Shown here: one piece after another, positions 51,719 to 62,369 of the stretch | How the letters are laid out: every line of letters starts with the position of its first letter | Numbering within the stretch: position 1 is the first letter of the stretch | DNA from: Octopus sinensis | Lineage: Eukaryota | Direction of reading: 5' to 3' | DNA: 64,000 nt | Assembly (NCBI RefSeq): GCF_006345805.1 | Contig: NC_042997.1 | Span: 130,572,001-130,636,000 of the forward strand | Program-made: the position numbers and the translations under genes | The notes under the pieces: generated by a model | The model's database searches: none | Told to the model about the DNA's origin: nothing | The model's input: only the letters and a program-made list of their open reading frames with translations

Positions 51719-52393
51719 TATAATAATAAAAATAACAGCACTAGTCATTGTAGGAGAAAAAAATGCTTTATGTTTACCTGTTCCCATGTCAACAACTTTT
51801 GTGGATCTCATTGTTGGTTCACGCAAAAAATTTTCTGAATCTCTTGTATCATCGTATCTCCAGGCTGATGGTGCAAACAAAGGTAGAGTTTTATTAAAAG
51901 CTAAGAACCTCAACCAGTTTGGATAATGACAGTTGTTATCAAAAAATATGGAACTTCCATTGACAAGGTTAGGGTGAGAGTTAACATTAGCTGTGACACT
52001 CATATAAAGATACAACCATCCAGGTAGATTAAGAAAATCCTTCGATTGATTAAACCTTTGCAGCATGAAACTGTGAAAGTAGGCTCTATTTAATGCTAAA
52101 TTGTGGAGATGAACTAATCCAGTTCTGTTGCGATAGAAAACTTTGCTCAAGAGTTGGTTGTATCGTGGTATCTGTGAAACAGTGTCTGGAGATAGGAGAA
52201 GATCAGATTTCAGTTTCGAATGGCAGTTCTTTTCAGTGATACTTTTCATATAGCTATCAAGGTGATCAAACTTGTCTTTTTTCTGCCAGTCCCATAGTGA
52301 GCTCTGACTAAGTCTTATCATTCCTACGATGAGAAGCAAACTGTACAGGGTCAGAGGAGATGCTGAGCCAAAGAACTTATATCTTATCGACAT
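30207..52393 (-). CDS. Gene 2: 821-aa secreted/GPI-anchored protein with two tandem GPR158/GPR179-like ectodomains (Cache-like plus Cys-rich EGF-like), no 7TM; complement(join(30207..30312,33268..33422,35080..35194,38065..38899,41155..41320,44631..44757,48351..48696,51778..52393))
   Basis: Exon lengths 616+346+127+166+835+115+155+106 = 2466 nt give 822 codons. All introns are GT-AG with matching phases. Motifs PYFDCG..W, W..P.YRCDG...W.ITYSVPFF, DINQC and G.GF..G.Y.C.CK.GY.YP resemble GPR158-family ectodomains (recognised from memory, no search run). There is an N-terminal signal peptide and a C-terminal hydrophobic tail. Confidence 0.88.
30885..31130 (-). mobile_element. mariner transposase C-terminal remnant
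   Basis: FLQSQHFINKERVEASVKEFFTSKNKNWYEHRIKELIERRLQMVQHGGLYFEC* resembles the Mos1-type C-terminus. Confidence 0.7.
33268..33422 (-). CDS. Gene 2 exon 7 (CSPLTGFGFGLGNYACKCKQGYEYPFEDAQTWFEG...EPNR)
   Basis: ctttacag acceptor, gtaagt donor, phase 0-2. Confidence 0.92.
35080..35194 (-). CDS. Gene 2 exon 6 (GIVLIDIDLKFLDINQCHQPFYIANAFKNTALCPPSTK)
   Basis: tttctag acceptor, gtaaag donor, phase 2-0. Confidence 0.92.
36262..36479. mobile_element. mariner-type MITE
   Basis: TIR-like ends GGTGCTGAAAAGTTCCTGG and CCAGGAACTTTTCAGCACC, TA flanks. Confidence 0.7.
38065..38899 (-). CDS. Gene 2 exon 5: basic linker with RHRR plus most of repeat 2
   Basis: gtatttcag acceptor, gtaagt donor, phase 1-2; matches ORF 38061..39035. 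Confidence 0.92.
39584..40693 (-). mobile_element. non-autonomous Helitron, interrupted by the foldback element at 39689-40275
   Basis: - strand 5' TC(ATC)TATAAAAATGAAAGTG..CTGTCTGTCC; 3' hairpin CCACAC-AAA-GTGCGG then CTAG followed by T. Confidence 0.62.
39689..40275. mobile_element. foldback (head-to-head) copy of a tRNA-headed, hammerhead-tailed SINE
   Basis: Inverted arms 39722-39999 and ~40017-40268; 13-bp TSD agcatgactataa at 39676-39688 and 40276-40288. Confidence 0.85.
41155..41320 (-). CDS. Gene 2 exon 4 (CKHVSGYGFKRGGYKCVCKQGYKYP...EQATQEEYEYGFTCTPIQ)
   Basis: tttttcag acceptor, gtaagt donor, phase 0-1; not in the ORF track. Confidence 0.92.
42341..42755 (-). mobile_element. full-length single copy of the same tRNA-headed, hammerhead-tailed SINE
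   Basis: Head GGCATATGGCATAGTGGTTAAGAGTGCAGGCTACTAACCCAAAGATTCCGAGTTCAATT, then (GAA)n/(AAC)n, then the same 3' tail as 39689-39850. Confidence 0.8.
43585..44370 (-). mobile_element. degenerate mariner (DD34D) element
   Basis: DKDEPPKH...KKLMVCVWW..GVVHYDF...ITAKVYCSQL and downstream LLLQDNARPH-like motif. Confidence 0.85.
44631..44757 (-). CDS. Gene 2 exon 3 (IVALVTMDTYFRKIDFNACPISIGNPLPNYLAGIDRCKPTTK)
   Basis: tttttttatag acceptor, gtataa donor, phase 2-0; not in the ORF track. Confidence 0.88.
47688..47745 (+). ncRNA. candidate type I hammerhead ribozyme, canonical CUGAAGA core
   Basis: ATTCTA-CTGAAGA-GGC(aaaGCATttcttATGCaaa)GCC-a-GAA-ATC-tgg-GAT-C-TTGAAT; one stem I mismatch, one extra A before GAAA. 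Confidence 0.5.
48351..48696 (-). CDS. Gene 2 exon 2 (GLFNYTS...TQPYFDCGKSNEWIVSAVSP...RRPR)
   Basis: ttttctag acceptor, gtaaaa donor, phase 1-2. Confidence 0.92.
48880..50578 (+). mobile_element. R4/Dong-like (RLE) non-LTR retrotransposon, degenerate RT and CCHC region
   Basis: PVTCLPLIWKLMTG, DYKKAYDMVPHSWI, SLSPLLF and C..C....ESVAHI...C motifs with stops and frameshifts; ends in (AAT)n. Confidence 0.85.
51199..51640 (+). mobile_element. R4/Dong-like 3' fragment (RLE C-terminus plus 3' UTR) inside (AAT)n
   Basis: KLSKYKDLEIEISKMWNLKTKTIPVVIGALG...ILRKILSM*, flanked on both sides by (AAT)n. Confidence 0.85.
51778..52393 (-). CDS. Gene 2 coding exon 1: signal peptide plus start of repeat 1
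   Basis: ATG at 52393, MSIRYKFFGSASPLTLYSLLLIVGMIRLSQS; donor gtaaac after DMGTG, phase 1. The rest of ORF 51488..52393 is intronic (ATT)n readthrough. Confidence 0.9.
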
Positions 52394-54479
52394 ATTTCAA
52401 GCAAAATACTCAGCACTTCTGTAGCTCGTGAACATCTGCAAAAGACAAGTGTTAGTATGTAGGCAAAATGATTTTCTTTCTTGCTAGAGCTGGAAATGGG
52501 AAGACTAACTGTTATTTAAGAACAAAATAATGTTAATTCTAATCCAAGCTGAGTTAAGTAAATATCAAAATTAATCACAGAACCTACACTAAACCTTCAT
52601 CATTAATACAAAATATATGAAACCATTTATCACTAATTAATGGCTTCATATTATTTGAACTGAAAAGACTGATTGTTAAAAAGAAAAAAAAACCCACACT
52701 ATAGTCATTATTTGTGAGTAAGTGTGATTTTGTTGCATGTACCATACTTTTGGTAATTACTTCAGGTGCCTATGTAGTTATAAGCAAACACAGGCACCAT
52801 TTCAGATACCTCATCCCTGACCCAACAAAACATGAAGGAAGTGACAGCTGAGAGAGAAAGAGGGCTACACCAGCATTGGGTTAGTACTCATTCTCAACTG
52901 ACTGCTCTGGAGCAACATGAAATGAAGTACTTTGCTCAAGAATATAACACACTGCCCAGTTCAGGAACTGAACTCATTACATTATGATTCTGAGCCTAGT
53001 GGTTAAGGTGTTGGACTCATGCCTTCACAACAAATTATAAATCTTTTATATTATATATATTTCTTTATTGCCCACAAGGGGCTAAACATAGAGGGGACAA
53101 ACAAGGACAGACAAATGGATTAAGTCGATTACATCGACCCCAGTGTGTAACTTGTACTTAATTTATTGACCCCGAAAGGATGAAAGGCAAAGTCAACCTC
53201 GGCGGAATTTGAACTCAGAACGTAATGGCAGACGAAATACGGCTACACATTTTGCCCGGCGTGCTAACGTTTCTGCCAGCTCGCCGCCAATCTTTTATAT
53301 TATACAGAAGCTCAGCTTGTGATTTCATACCCACCTGCACATGCTTCTGGCACTAAACATTTCCATTTCTATTATTATAATTTATCTGAAGATTAATTAT
53401 TTGGGATTGGCCAACATTCTATCCCAAGGTATAGTTATCTCTCATTCATATTGAAACCATATTATCCTCCAATACTTATGAAAGGATTAACTAAATTCCT
53501 TAGATGGAAGTAAGAGTAGAAGGATTAATAATATTGATTTCAAATTTTGGCACAACACCAGCAATTTTGGGGGAGGGGATAAGTCGATTACATCAACACC
53601 AGTATTCAACTGGTATTATCAACTTGACTGCCAGATCAGACTGGGCCTGATGCAGCCTTCTGGCTTCACAGACTCCAGTTGAACCGTCCAACCCATGCTA
53701 GCATGAAAAGCGGACGCTAAACGATGATGATGATGAGGATGAAAGGATGAAAGGTAAAGTTGGCCTTGGTGGCATTTGAACTCAGAATGTATAGACAGAC
53801 GAAATGCAGCGAAGTGTGTGAATAATTCTGCCAGATTGCTAAAAAAAAAAAGTAAAGTTACTTTTGTGTCTTTAATATTCTTTGATATTCTCTTTGTAAC
53901 TTTAATATTCTCCCAAAGAGCCTGAGGGACCTACACAAAGTGAATGTAGGTGCTTTCAAATCAAAACTGGATCTCTTCCTGTCAAGAGTCCCAGATGAAC
54001 CTACCTCGCGGCAGGAGGTACAAATGAGGGTAGCAACATCAAACTTCCTTGTTCACGAAATGCCACATAACAGAGGAGGCTCTCAATAACAACAGTGTAG
54101 CAAAATGGCTGTGCCACAGCATGGCCACAGCTTTGGACTGAAACTGATAAAACAATTTGTGAGTCATGTGAACTCATAAGGGTTGGTTTCTTGGTTTCCA
54201 TGGTGTACAAATTCTCCACCTGGATGGGATACCAGTCCTTTAGAGCATTACTCACCTTTGCCAGCTGAGTGGACTGAAATGAAGTGTTTTGCTTAAGAGC
54301 ACAACACATCACCTGGTCCGGGAATTGAAACCACAATCTTATTGTCTTGAGTCCTGCCCTAGAAGGATTAATAATATTAACTCCATACATCTGAGCTTTC
54401 TTTTCCTAACAGATAGGCACAGGAGTGGCTGTGTGGTAAATAGTTTACTTACCAATATATATATATATATCATCGTCAT

Positions 54480-54520
<41 letters not shown>

Positions 54521-55388
54521 TCATCATCATCATCATTGCTTAATTAACATCAGCTTTCCATGGACGGTTTGATTGAGGACTGGCAAGCCAGAAGGCTGCG
54601 CCAAGCTCCAATCTGATCTGGCAAGGTCTCTACAGCTGGATGCTCTTCCTAATGCCAACCAAAAGTGTAGTGGGTGCTTTTTATGTGCCACTGGCATGGG
54701 AGCTAGTCAGATGGCATTCGCAGTGACCATGCTTGAATGGTGCTTTTTACATACCACTGGCATGGAACCAGTCAGGCGGCACTGGCATCAACCATGTACA
54801 TATAGTGCATTTTACATGCCACTGGCATGGGAGCCAGTCTGGTAGAACTGGCATCGACCACACTCAAATGGTGCTTTTTACATGCCAACAGCATGGGTGC
54901 CAGTCAGACAGAACAGGCATCGGCCAATACTGACATTGGCCAATACTGGCATCGCCCATGCATATATATATATGGAAAAAAAGTCAAGGTAGAAAATGCT
55001 AAATTAATATAAAAAACATTTCAGTAACGGTTTCAGTCATTGAGACTTTTTCACCTGTAAGTATGGAAGACAATTAAATTTTGGAAAAATTAAATGAAAG
55101 TTTTTTAAAAGAATATTTGCATAGTATTCAAATACAAGGGGCATTTTCCTTGTTTCTGCCTGTCTCTGTCTCTCTTGTTTACTCTTGTGGGTTCGAAGTC
55201 ATTGTATTTGAATACTATGCAAATATTCTTTTAAAAAACTTTTCTTTTAACTTTTCCAAAATTTAATTGTTTTCCATACTAACAGTTGAAAATTATTTTA
55301 GCATTTTTCACCTTGACTTTTTTCCATATTTATCAACTCAAGTGTTCCTTTTCAACCTTCTACATATATATATGAGAGAGAGATAGGT

Positions 55389-55575
<187 letters not shown>

Positions 55576-56254
55576 GAGGAAGATAAGTTGATGTTAAGAA
55601 GGACAACTAGCTGTAGAAACCATGCCAAAGTAGAGAGCAGGGTTTAATACAATCTTCTGACTTGCCAGTTCCTGTGAAATTGTCCAACCCATGCCAACAT
55701 GGAAAACATGTTAAATGATAGTGATGAAGATTGTGAGGATGATGATGATGATGATAAGACAGACAGACAAACAGATAAATCACAAAGTAATTCATTTGTG
55801 AAGTACCACTTTGTAATTTTCCTGAACAATGTTGGCAATGCAAATATTCCTCAGAAGCTTGCTTCCCAACCACATGGTTCTGGATTCAGTCCCACTGCAT
55901 AACACCTTGTGCCAATGTCTTCTACAATAGCCTTGGGCCAACCAAAGCCATGTGAGTAGCTTTGTTGGAAGGAAACTGAAAGAAGCATATCATATATATA
56001 CGTACCAATGTGTGTGTGTGTGTGCATTTGTGTTTTTGTGTGTGTGTTTGTCCCCCACTGCTGTTTGACAACAGGCGTTGGTGTATTTACATCCCTGTAA
56101 CTTAGTGGTTCAGCAAAAAGAACCGATAGAATAAGTACCAGGCTTTAAAAATTAACTACTGGACTTGATTCATTCAACTAAAAATTTTTCAAGGTTGTGC
56201 TCCAGCATGGCTGCAGTCTGATTACTGAATCAAGTAAATGATAAAAGATAAATG

Positions 56255-57960
56255 ATATATATCATCATCATCATCATCACCATCATCATAATCATCATCA
56301 CCACCACCACCACCACCACCACCATCATCATCATCTAACATCTGCTGTCCATGTTGGCAAGGATTGCACGGTTTGACCAGGGCTGGTAAGTTGAGGAGCT
56401 GATGGCTTCTATGGCCCTTCCTAATGTTAACTACCCCAAGAGCATAACGTTTGCTTTGATGTGCTACTGGCCTGGGTTCTGCCATGATAATGATTTCACT
56501 TGGCTTGATGGGTCTTCTATTCAAGCACGACATATTGCTGAGGGTCTCAGTCATTTGTCATTGCCTTCATGAGGCCTAACATTTAAAGGGTGCTTTTTAT
56601 GTGCCACTTGCATGGGTGCTAGTTACATGACCCTAACATCGGCCACATTGCTTCCATGAGGACCAATGCTTGAAAGTTGCTTTTTATGTGACACTGGCCT
56701 CAGCAACAACTATGATTTTACTTGGCTTGACGGGTCTTCTCAAGTACAGCATATTGCCAAACGACTTGGTCACAAGTCATTGTATCCATGAGGTTCAGCA
56801 TCTGAAGATCATTCTTCACCACCTCATTCCATGTCTTCTTGTGTGTGTGTGCTTTTGTGTCTTTGTGTGTGTTTGTCCCCCACTGCTGTTTGACAACAGG
56901 TGTTGGTGTATTTACAACCCTGTAACTTAGTGGTTCAGCAAAAAGAACCGATAGAATAAGTACCTGGCTTAAAAATACAACTACTGGACTTGTTTCATTC
57001 AACTAAAAACTTCCACAGGTTCCCTCTTCTACAGGTCCCCTCCACAGCTAGAGATCGATGCTTCTTTACACAGCTGTCCTCATCCATATGACCATACCTG
57101 TACAGTCATCATGCATCACATGACCGTACCAGTGCAGTTGTCATGCATCACATGACCATACGAGTGCAGTTATCTCTCTTGCACACTACATTTGATGCTT
57201 CTTATGCCCAACTTTTTGCTGAAAATGCTTACATCTTGTCATACAGGTACACTGACATTTCACATCCAGTGAAGCATGCTAGCTTCATTTCTTACAAGCC
57301 TACACATGTCCTTAGCAGTCACAGTCCATGTTTCACTGCTGTGTAACATAGCTGTTTGCCCATAGGCGTCATACAGCCTACCTTTCACTCTGAGGAAGAG
57401 GCCTTTTGTTGCCAACAGAAGTAAGAGCTCTCTGAACCTTGACCAGCCTATTCCTATTCTTACAGCTACACTCTCAGAGCATCCACCTTTGCTTCTGACT
57501 CGGTCACCTAGATAACAGAAGCTATCTCCTCTCTTGAGCTTATCCCACTGGTGTTTGATGGAGTCAATTTTCTGTACATTTTTAGTGTTTACTGTACCAG
57601 TACACCTTCTACACACAAAAACTATTTTCTCAGTTAACCTTCCTCTGATATTGCTACACCTCTTGTGTGTCCACCGCTTGCACTGGGTACATCTTATAGA
57701 ATTTCTACCTACACTTTTCCTACATATCAAGCAGAGCCATCTACCTGAAGGCATTTGTGATTGCCTGCTTTCCTACTTACTAAGACTTTGGTTTTTGCTA
57801 TATATATATTGCTCCTAATAAATCTCTGAGCGAGGTATAAACAGTAGCTGCACAACATCGTGAAGTATATTTGCCACTTAAAGTGGCAAATATACTTCAC
57901 TATATTGCTCCTGTTTTTATGATACAAACTTCCTATTAAATATATTCCAACAAAATTTCA
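56255..57960 (-). mobile_element. RTE-clade LINE 3' portion with Cys-rich insert (other fragments ~32340-32580 +)
   Basis: C..CRK.VG.NSI.C..C..W.HKRC, FCYLGD, KGRLY...MLHSSETW, KTWNEVVKNDL motifs; 3' UTR ends in (GAT)n. Confidence 0.88.
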
Positions 57961-58721
57961 TGTTAATTTATGCTTCAAACACCAGCTTAATAATGACAAA
58001 GTTGTTTTACTAAACACTTCATTATTTTCGAAATTAATTGAAATGAACACAATGAATTTCATTAGAAATGTGGTAACAAAAAGGTTAGCAAGGACATTGT
58101 TTGATTTGATATATTTTAGTGATTCACCATGTAATTTTCTTGAGTTATATGCAGGATTTCTTATTTTGTTACTTAAGGTGGCACGTAAAAAGCACCAACC
58201 GATTGTGACTGTTGCCAGCCTGCTCTGGCCCCTGTGCCGCTGGCACGTAAAAAGCACCCACTACACTCACGGAGTGGTTGGTGTTAGGAAGGGCATCCAG
58301 CTGTAGAAACACTGCTAGATCAGATTCAAGCCTGGTGCAGCATCCTGGCTTCCCAGACCCCGGTTGAACCAGCATGGAAAACGGGCATTAAATGATGATG
58401 ATGAAGAGAATAGAACTGATCTTAATACAATTGAGTCAATTTTAATTATATCAAAAAATCAACAAAATCATTAAAATTTTAGTTTCCAAATGGCAATTTA
58501 TGATTTGGAGTTTTGCAGTGATAAGACCAACATCATCATCAAATTCTAATTAATATTTCAAGCATCTTATTCCTTTTGTTATTACATTTCTGTTGAAATA
58601 TATTATATATGTTTCAATTAATTTCGAAAATAATAAAGAATTTAGAATGATAGCTTTGCCAACCCAGGTTAACCCTGTTGAAATTTTGAAGATAATTATA
58701 TAAATAAGGATAACAAACATA

Positions 58722-58822
58722 TAGAAGTATCTGGTTAACATATGGAAGTATCCAGTTAACTTATGGAAGTATCCGGTTAACATATGGAAGTATCCGGTTA
58801 ACATAGGGAAGTATCTGGTTAA
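58722..58822 (+). repeat. 21-bp minisatellite (GAAGTATCCGGTTAACATATG) x~5
   Basis: Five adjacent near-identical units. Confidence 0.9.
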
Positions 58823-59153
58823 CCCAAATACAATGGTTAAATAAATACAAGCACTATTTTGCATCTAGTTAACCTTTATTGCAGTAAATGAACCAAATAC
58901 AACTGTCCTCAAATGAGGACTGCGGGTTAATATGGATTAACGCAAAATTTTGATAGGTTTTAATTTTTATGTCTTTAAAACAGGAAGTTTATATTATTGA
59001 ACTGAGGGTTAACCTAAGACAAGTTGATATCAAAAGGGAATTGATAAAAAAAAATGCATTTTCTAAATAATATTTTAAGAAATAAAAAAAATTAAATTCA
59101 TAATAATTCTATCATTAAGACTGTGATTTAACCTACAATACTATACAAGAACA

Positions 59154-59527
59154 TCTCTCTCTATATAAACGGCAGTTTGTCTCTGTGTGTTTCTGTGTGT
59201 CTGTTAGCTTGTACCCTCACCCTGACCACGGCTTTCAACCGATTCTGATGAAACTTAACACACACATAGCCCAATGTCATAATTCAAAACTAACGCAGAG
59301 AAAATTTTGAAAAGTTCCCCCAGTTCTGAAAAAAATCGATAAATTCGACATGGGGTCGAGAATCAGAAACACAAACCACAGACTGTCTAGGGGACGCAAC
59401 TCAACCGTTTTAACTCTCAAAAAAAATTTACCATAATTTTTTTTCCATTTTTTTGGCTATAACTCTCTAAAAATGCTTTATAGTTATTTCCCTTACAAAC
59501 CCGAGCAACGCCGGGCGATACTGCTAG
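59154..59527 (+). mobile_element. non-autonomous Helitron (374 bp)
   Basis: A|TC start, subterminal hairpin CCCG-agcaacgc-CGGG (59500-59515), CTAG|T end. Confidence 0.85.
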
Positions 59528-60259
59528 TCTTTTACTATATCTTTTACTTGTTACAGTTATTGGATTGCAGTCATGCTGGGGCACCACATTGGAAAACTAC
59601 TGGCAGCAGTGGAATTCGAATCAACACCTCCGATAGACTGATACCTTAATCAGCACCTTAGATTTCTTGACCCCACTACTATTTGCTATCAAGAATGTTT
59701 GAAACGATAACCTGGAAATGAATTGTAGTTCAAGGAACTTACCTCATTTCACTGTTGAATAGCAAATTCTTTGGTAAAATCCGATATTCTTTAACACATT
59801 CTCTAATAGCATTCATGCCATATAGTTTGATGATTAAATTGTGCAAAATATTTCAGATAGCAACAAACAGGTAAATCAAATGATAGAAGCTTACACCTGA
59901 TACATTCATGAAATGCATATTTCAGAATTTTACATTAAATTTCATTGCGACAGAACACTGCGTTTAGCTATTTCCTTTCACACAATGGAACCACCTGAAT
60001 GACTATAGTATTTGTGTCTTTCCTTCTCACTCTGTGTCATCCCCCTCAACTCCACCAAGACTTCCTCTACAGATTACAATCGTCTTTTCCTTAAACTCTT
60101 GAGTTAATCCATGTATTGTCTAAGTGTAGAAATTGTTCTGCCTCTGGATGTCACGTACTGGGTGTGTACACAATGTGAACAGTCTAGGTTAACCATTGTT
60201 ATGAGATATTGATATGTGTAGTTGTTTGCTGTTTGCACAGACTCATGTTTACATGACAG

Positions 60260-60323
<64 letters not shown>

Positions 60324-61192
60324 TACATGTGTGTGTGTATGGATTTATACACAGACACATGCACTTATGTTTTCAATTATCACCAGTAATAACAACAAAT
60401 AGTAAAGGCGCTTGGCCTAGTGGTTAGTCTGTTGCACTCACAATCACTAGATCGTGGGTTCAATTCCCAGACTCGGCAGCATGTTGTGTTCTTGAGCAAA
60501 ACACTTCATTTCACTTTGCTTCAGTCCACTTTTGATCAAAGAAGAGTGTTGGTCTGCTCACCTAGCCAGTGGGATGGCATTGTTTGATGGCTAAAACAAT
60601 GCTAAGCACATTGTGATTAGTGATGTGTAACAGCATCTAATAGCCTGGTCGGTCACATAATCATGTGAATAACAAGAAATATAACAGATTTTTAAGTCAG
60701 GTAAACATAGCTGATGGTTGAAACTAACCTAGCGTGCTGGGCGAAATGCTGAGCGGTATTTCGTCTGCTGTTATGTTCTGAGTTCAAATTCCACTGAGGT
60801 TGACTTTACTTTTCAACCTTTTGGGATCGATAAATTAAGTACCAGTTACGCACTGGGGTTGATATAATTGACTTAATCCGTGTGTCTGTCCTTGTTTGTC
60901 TCCTCTATGTTTAGCCCCTTGTGAGTAATAAAGAAACAGATTAAAGGCGGCGAGCTGGCAGAAACGTTAGCACACCGGGTGAAATGCATAGCCGTATTTC
61001 GTCTGTTGTTACATTCTGAGTTCAAATTCCGCCGAGGTTGACTTTGCTTTTCATCCTTTCGGGGTCGATAAATTAAGTACCAGTTATGCACTGGGGTCGA
61101 TATAATCGACTTAATCCGTGTGTCTGTCCTTGTTTGTCTACACTATGTTTAGCCCCTTGTGAACAATAAAAAAATAACAATATTAATGTATT

Positions 61193-61514
61193 AGGGAGAT
61201 GTACTTGCATAGCGAGTGACTTGATCTGAGATCTTGTGCTGGAACAAAAACAATTGCAGCGTGGAAGGTGTTTATAAGCCATTTAAGAAACACATAAAAC
61301 CGTTAGATTCACTTCAACATTTAAATTTAATTTGTCAAAATATTTTCGTCGCTTTGAGACCGCGACCTGTTCACTGACAAAACGTCGTGCTGCACGACGT
61401 TTTGTCAGCGAACAGGTCGCGGTCTCAATATTTTGACAAATTAAATTTAAATGTTGAAGTAAATCTAACGGCTTTGTGTGTTTCTTAAATGGCTAATAAA
61501 CACCTTCCACGCTG
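61193..61514 (-). mobile_element. palindromic non-autonomous element with hammerhead-like motif (second copy ~45970-46297)
   Basis: Arms centred on ~61390, one-sided ~60-bp tail, TSD caatatt(a/g)atgtatt at 61178-61192 and 61515-61529. Confidence 0.85.
61331..61381 (-). ncRNA. candidate minimal type I hammerhead ribozyme, G3:C8 core variant
   Basis: TTTGTCA-GTGAACA-G-GTCGC-ggtctcaaa-GCGAC-GAA-AATATT-T-TGACAAA: all three stems pair; activity untested. Confidence 0.6.
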
Positions 61515-62369
61515 CAATATTGATGTATTTCCACTATAAGTCAACACTTTCTATTGGAAGATATATAAAGGAAGCTACAACTTCACTGAGAATGTTTTTC
61601 TCTACACTGTATATCATTTTGACCTGGCTATTTATAATGCTTGTTAGATGACTACAAGAAAAAAAAGTATACTTTTCTGTCATGTGACCAAGAAACTTTC
61701 TCCTCTTCTAAAGTTGTTGATGAGTTTTTTTTTATTTCTTTAACAAAAGGATTTCTTCCAACTTTATGGAATACTTCTACTTATTATTCTTCAACTAGAT
61801 GATTCTGTAAATAGCACTACCACCAATAAAACTATCATAATTGCAATTCATTTTGCTTCCAGCTCCACACAACACACAAACAGCAAAACATCTTTTGAAC
61901 TCCCCTTTTTATTGCAAAGTAATAAGGTTAACAATTCTGACATGTCCTTTCCCTTATCCTCACCCAATATTCTTCAGAACTATTTATTATCCTCATGAAA
62001 CTCTGAAATATTTAATCTCCTGGGATCCTACTGCATCAGAGTATCTCTTACTCTTGATAATCTCATCGAAAACAATGGTGCTGCTCCTGATTTAGCAAAG
62101 CCCTCAAACTTATCTGACTTATTAATTCCTTCGTTAACTTCCTTACCAATCATCTCTTAATAGGAAGGTTTCTTGTAGAATCAGTCAGTTACATCAAGCA
62201 TCAATAACACTCTCTCTTCCCATATTTTATTAACCAGGGTCTCAAGTTTATTTCTCATAATTTACTTCTGTACATTAATAGCATTCTCACTTCTACTTCT
62301 AACAACTCACACTCCTATGAAGATAACAAGCTTTCATTTATTATTTTCCCACATAGTCATTATCCTTAA

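Noticed and set aside
51488-51777. Poly-Ile C-terminal half of ORF 51488..52393 as a transmembrane anchor
   Set aside because: It is (ATT)n microsatellite read through past the GT donor at 51777; the frame continues correctly in exon 48351-48696.
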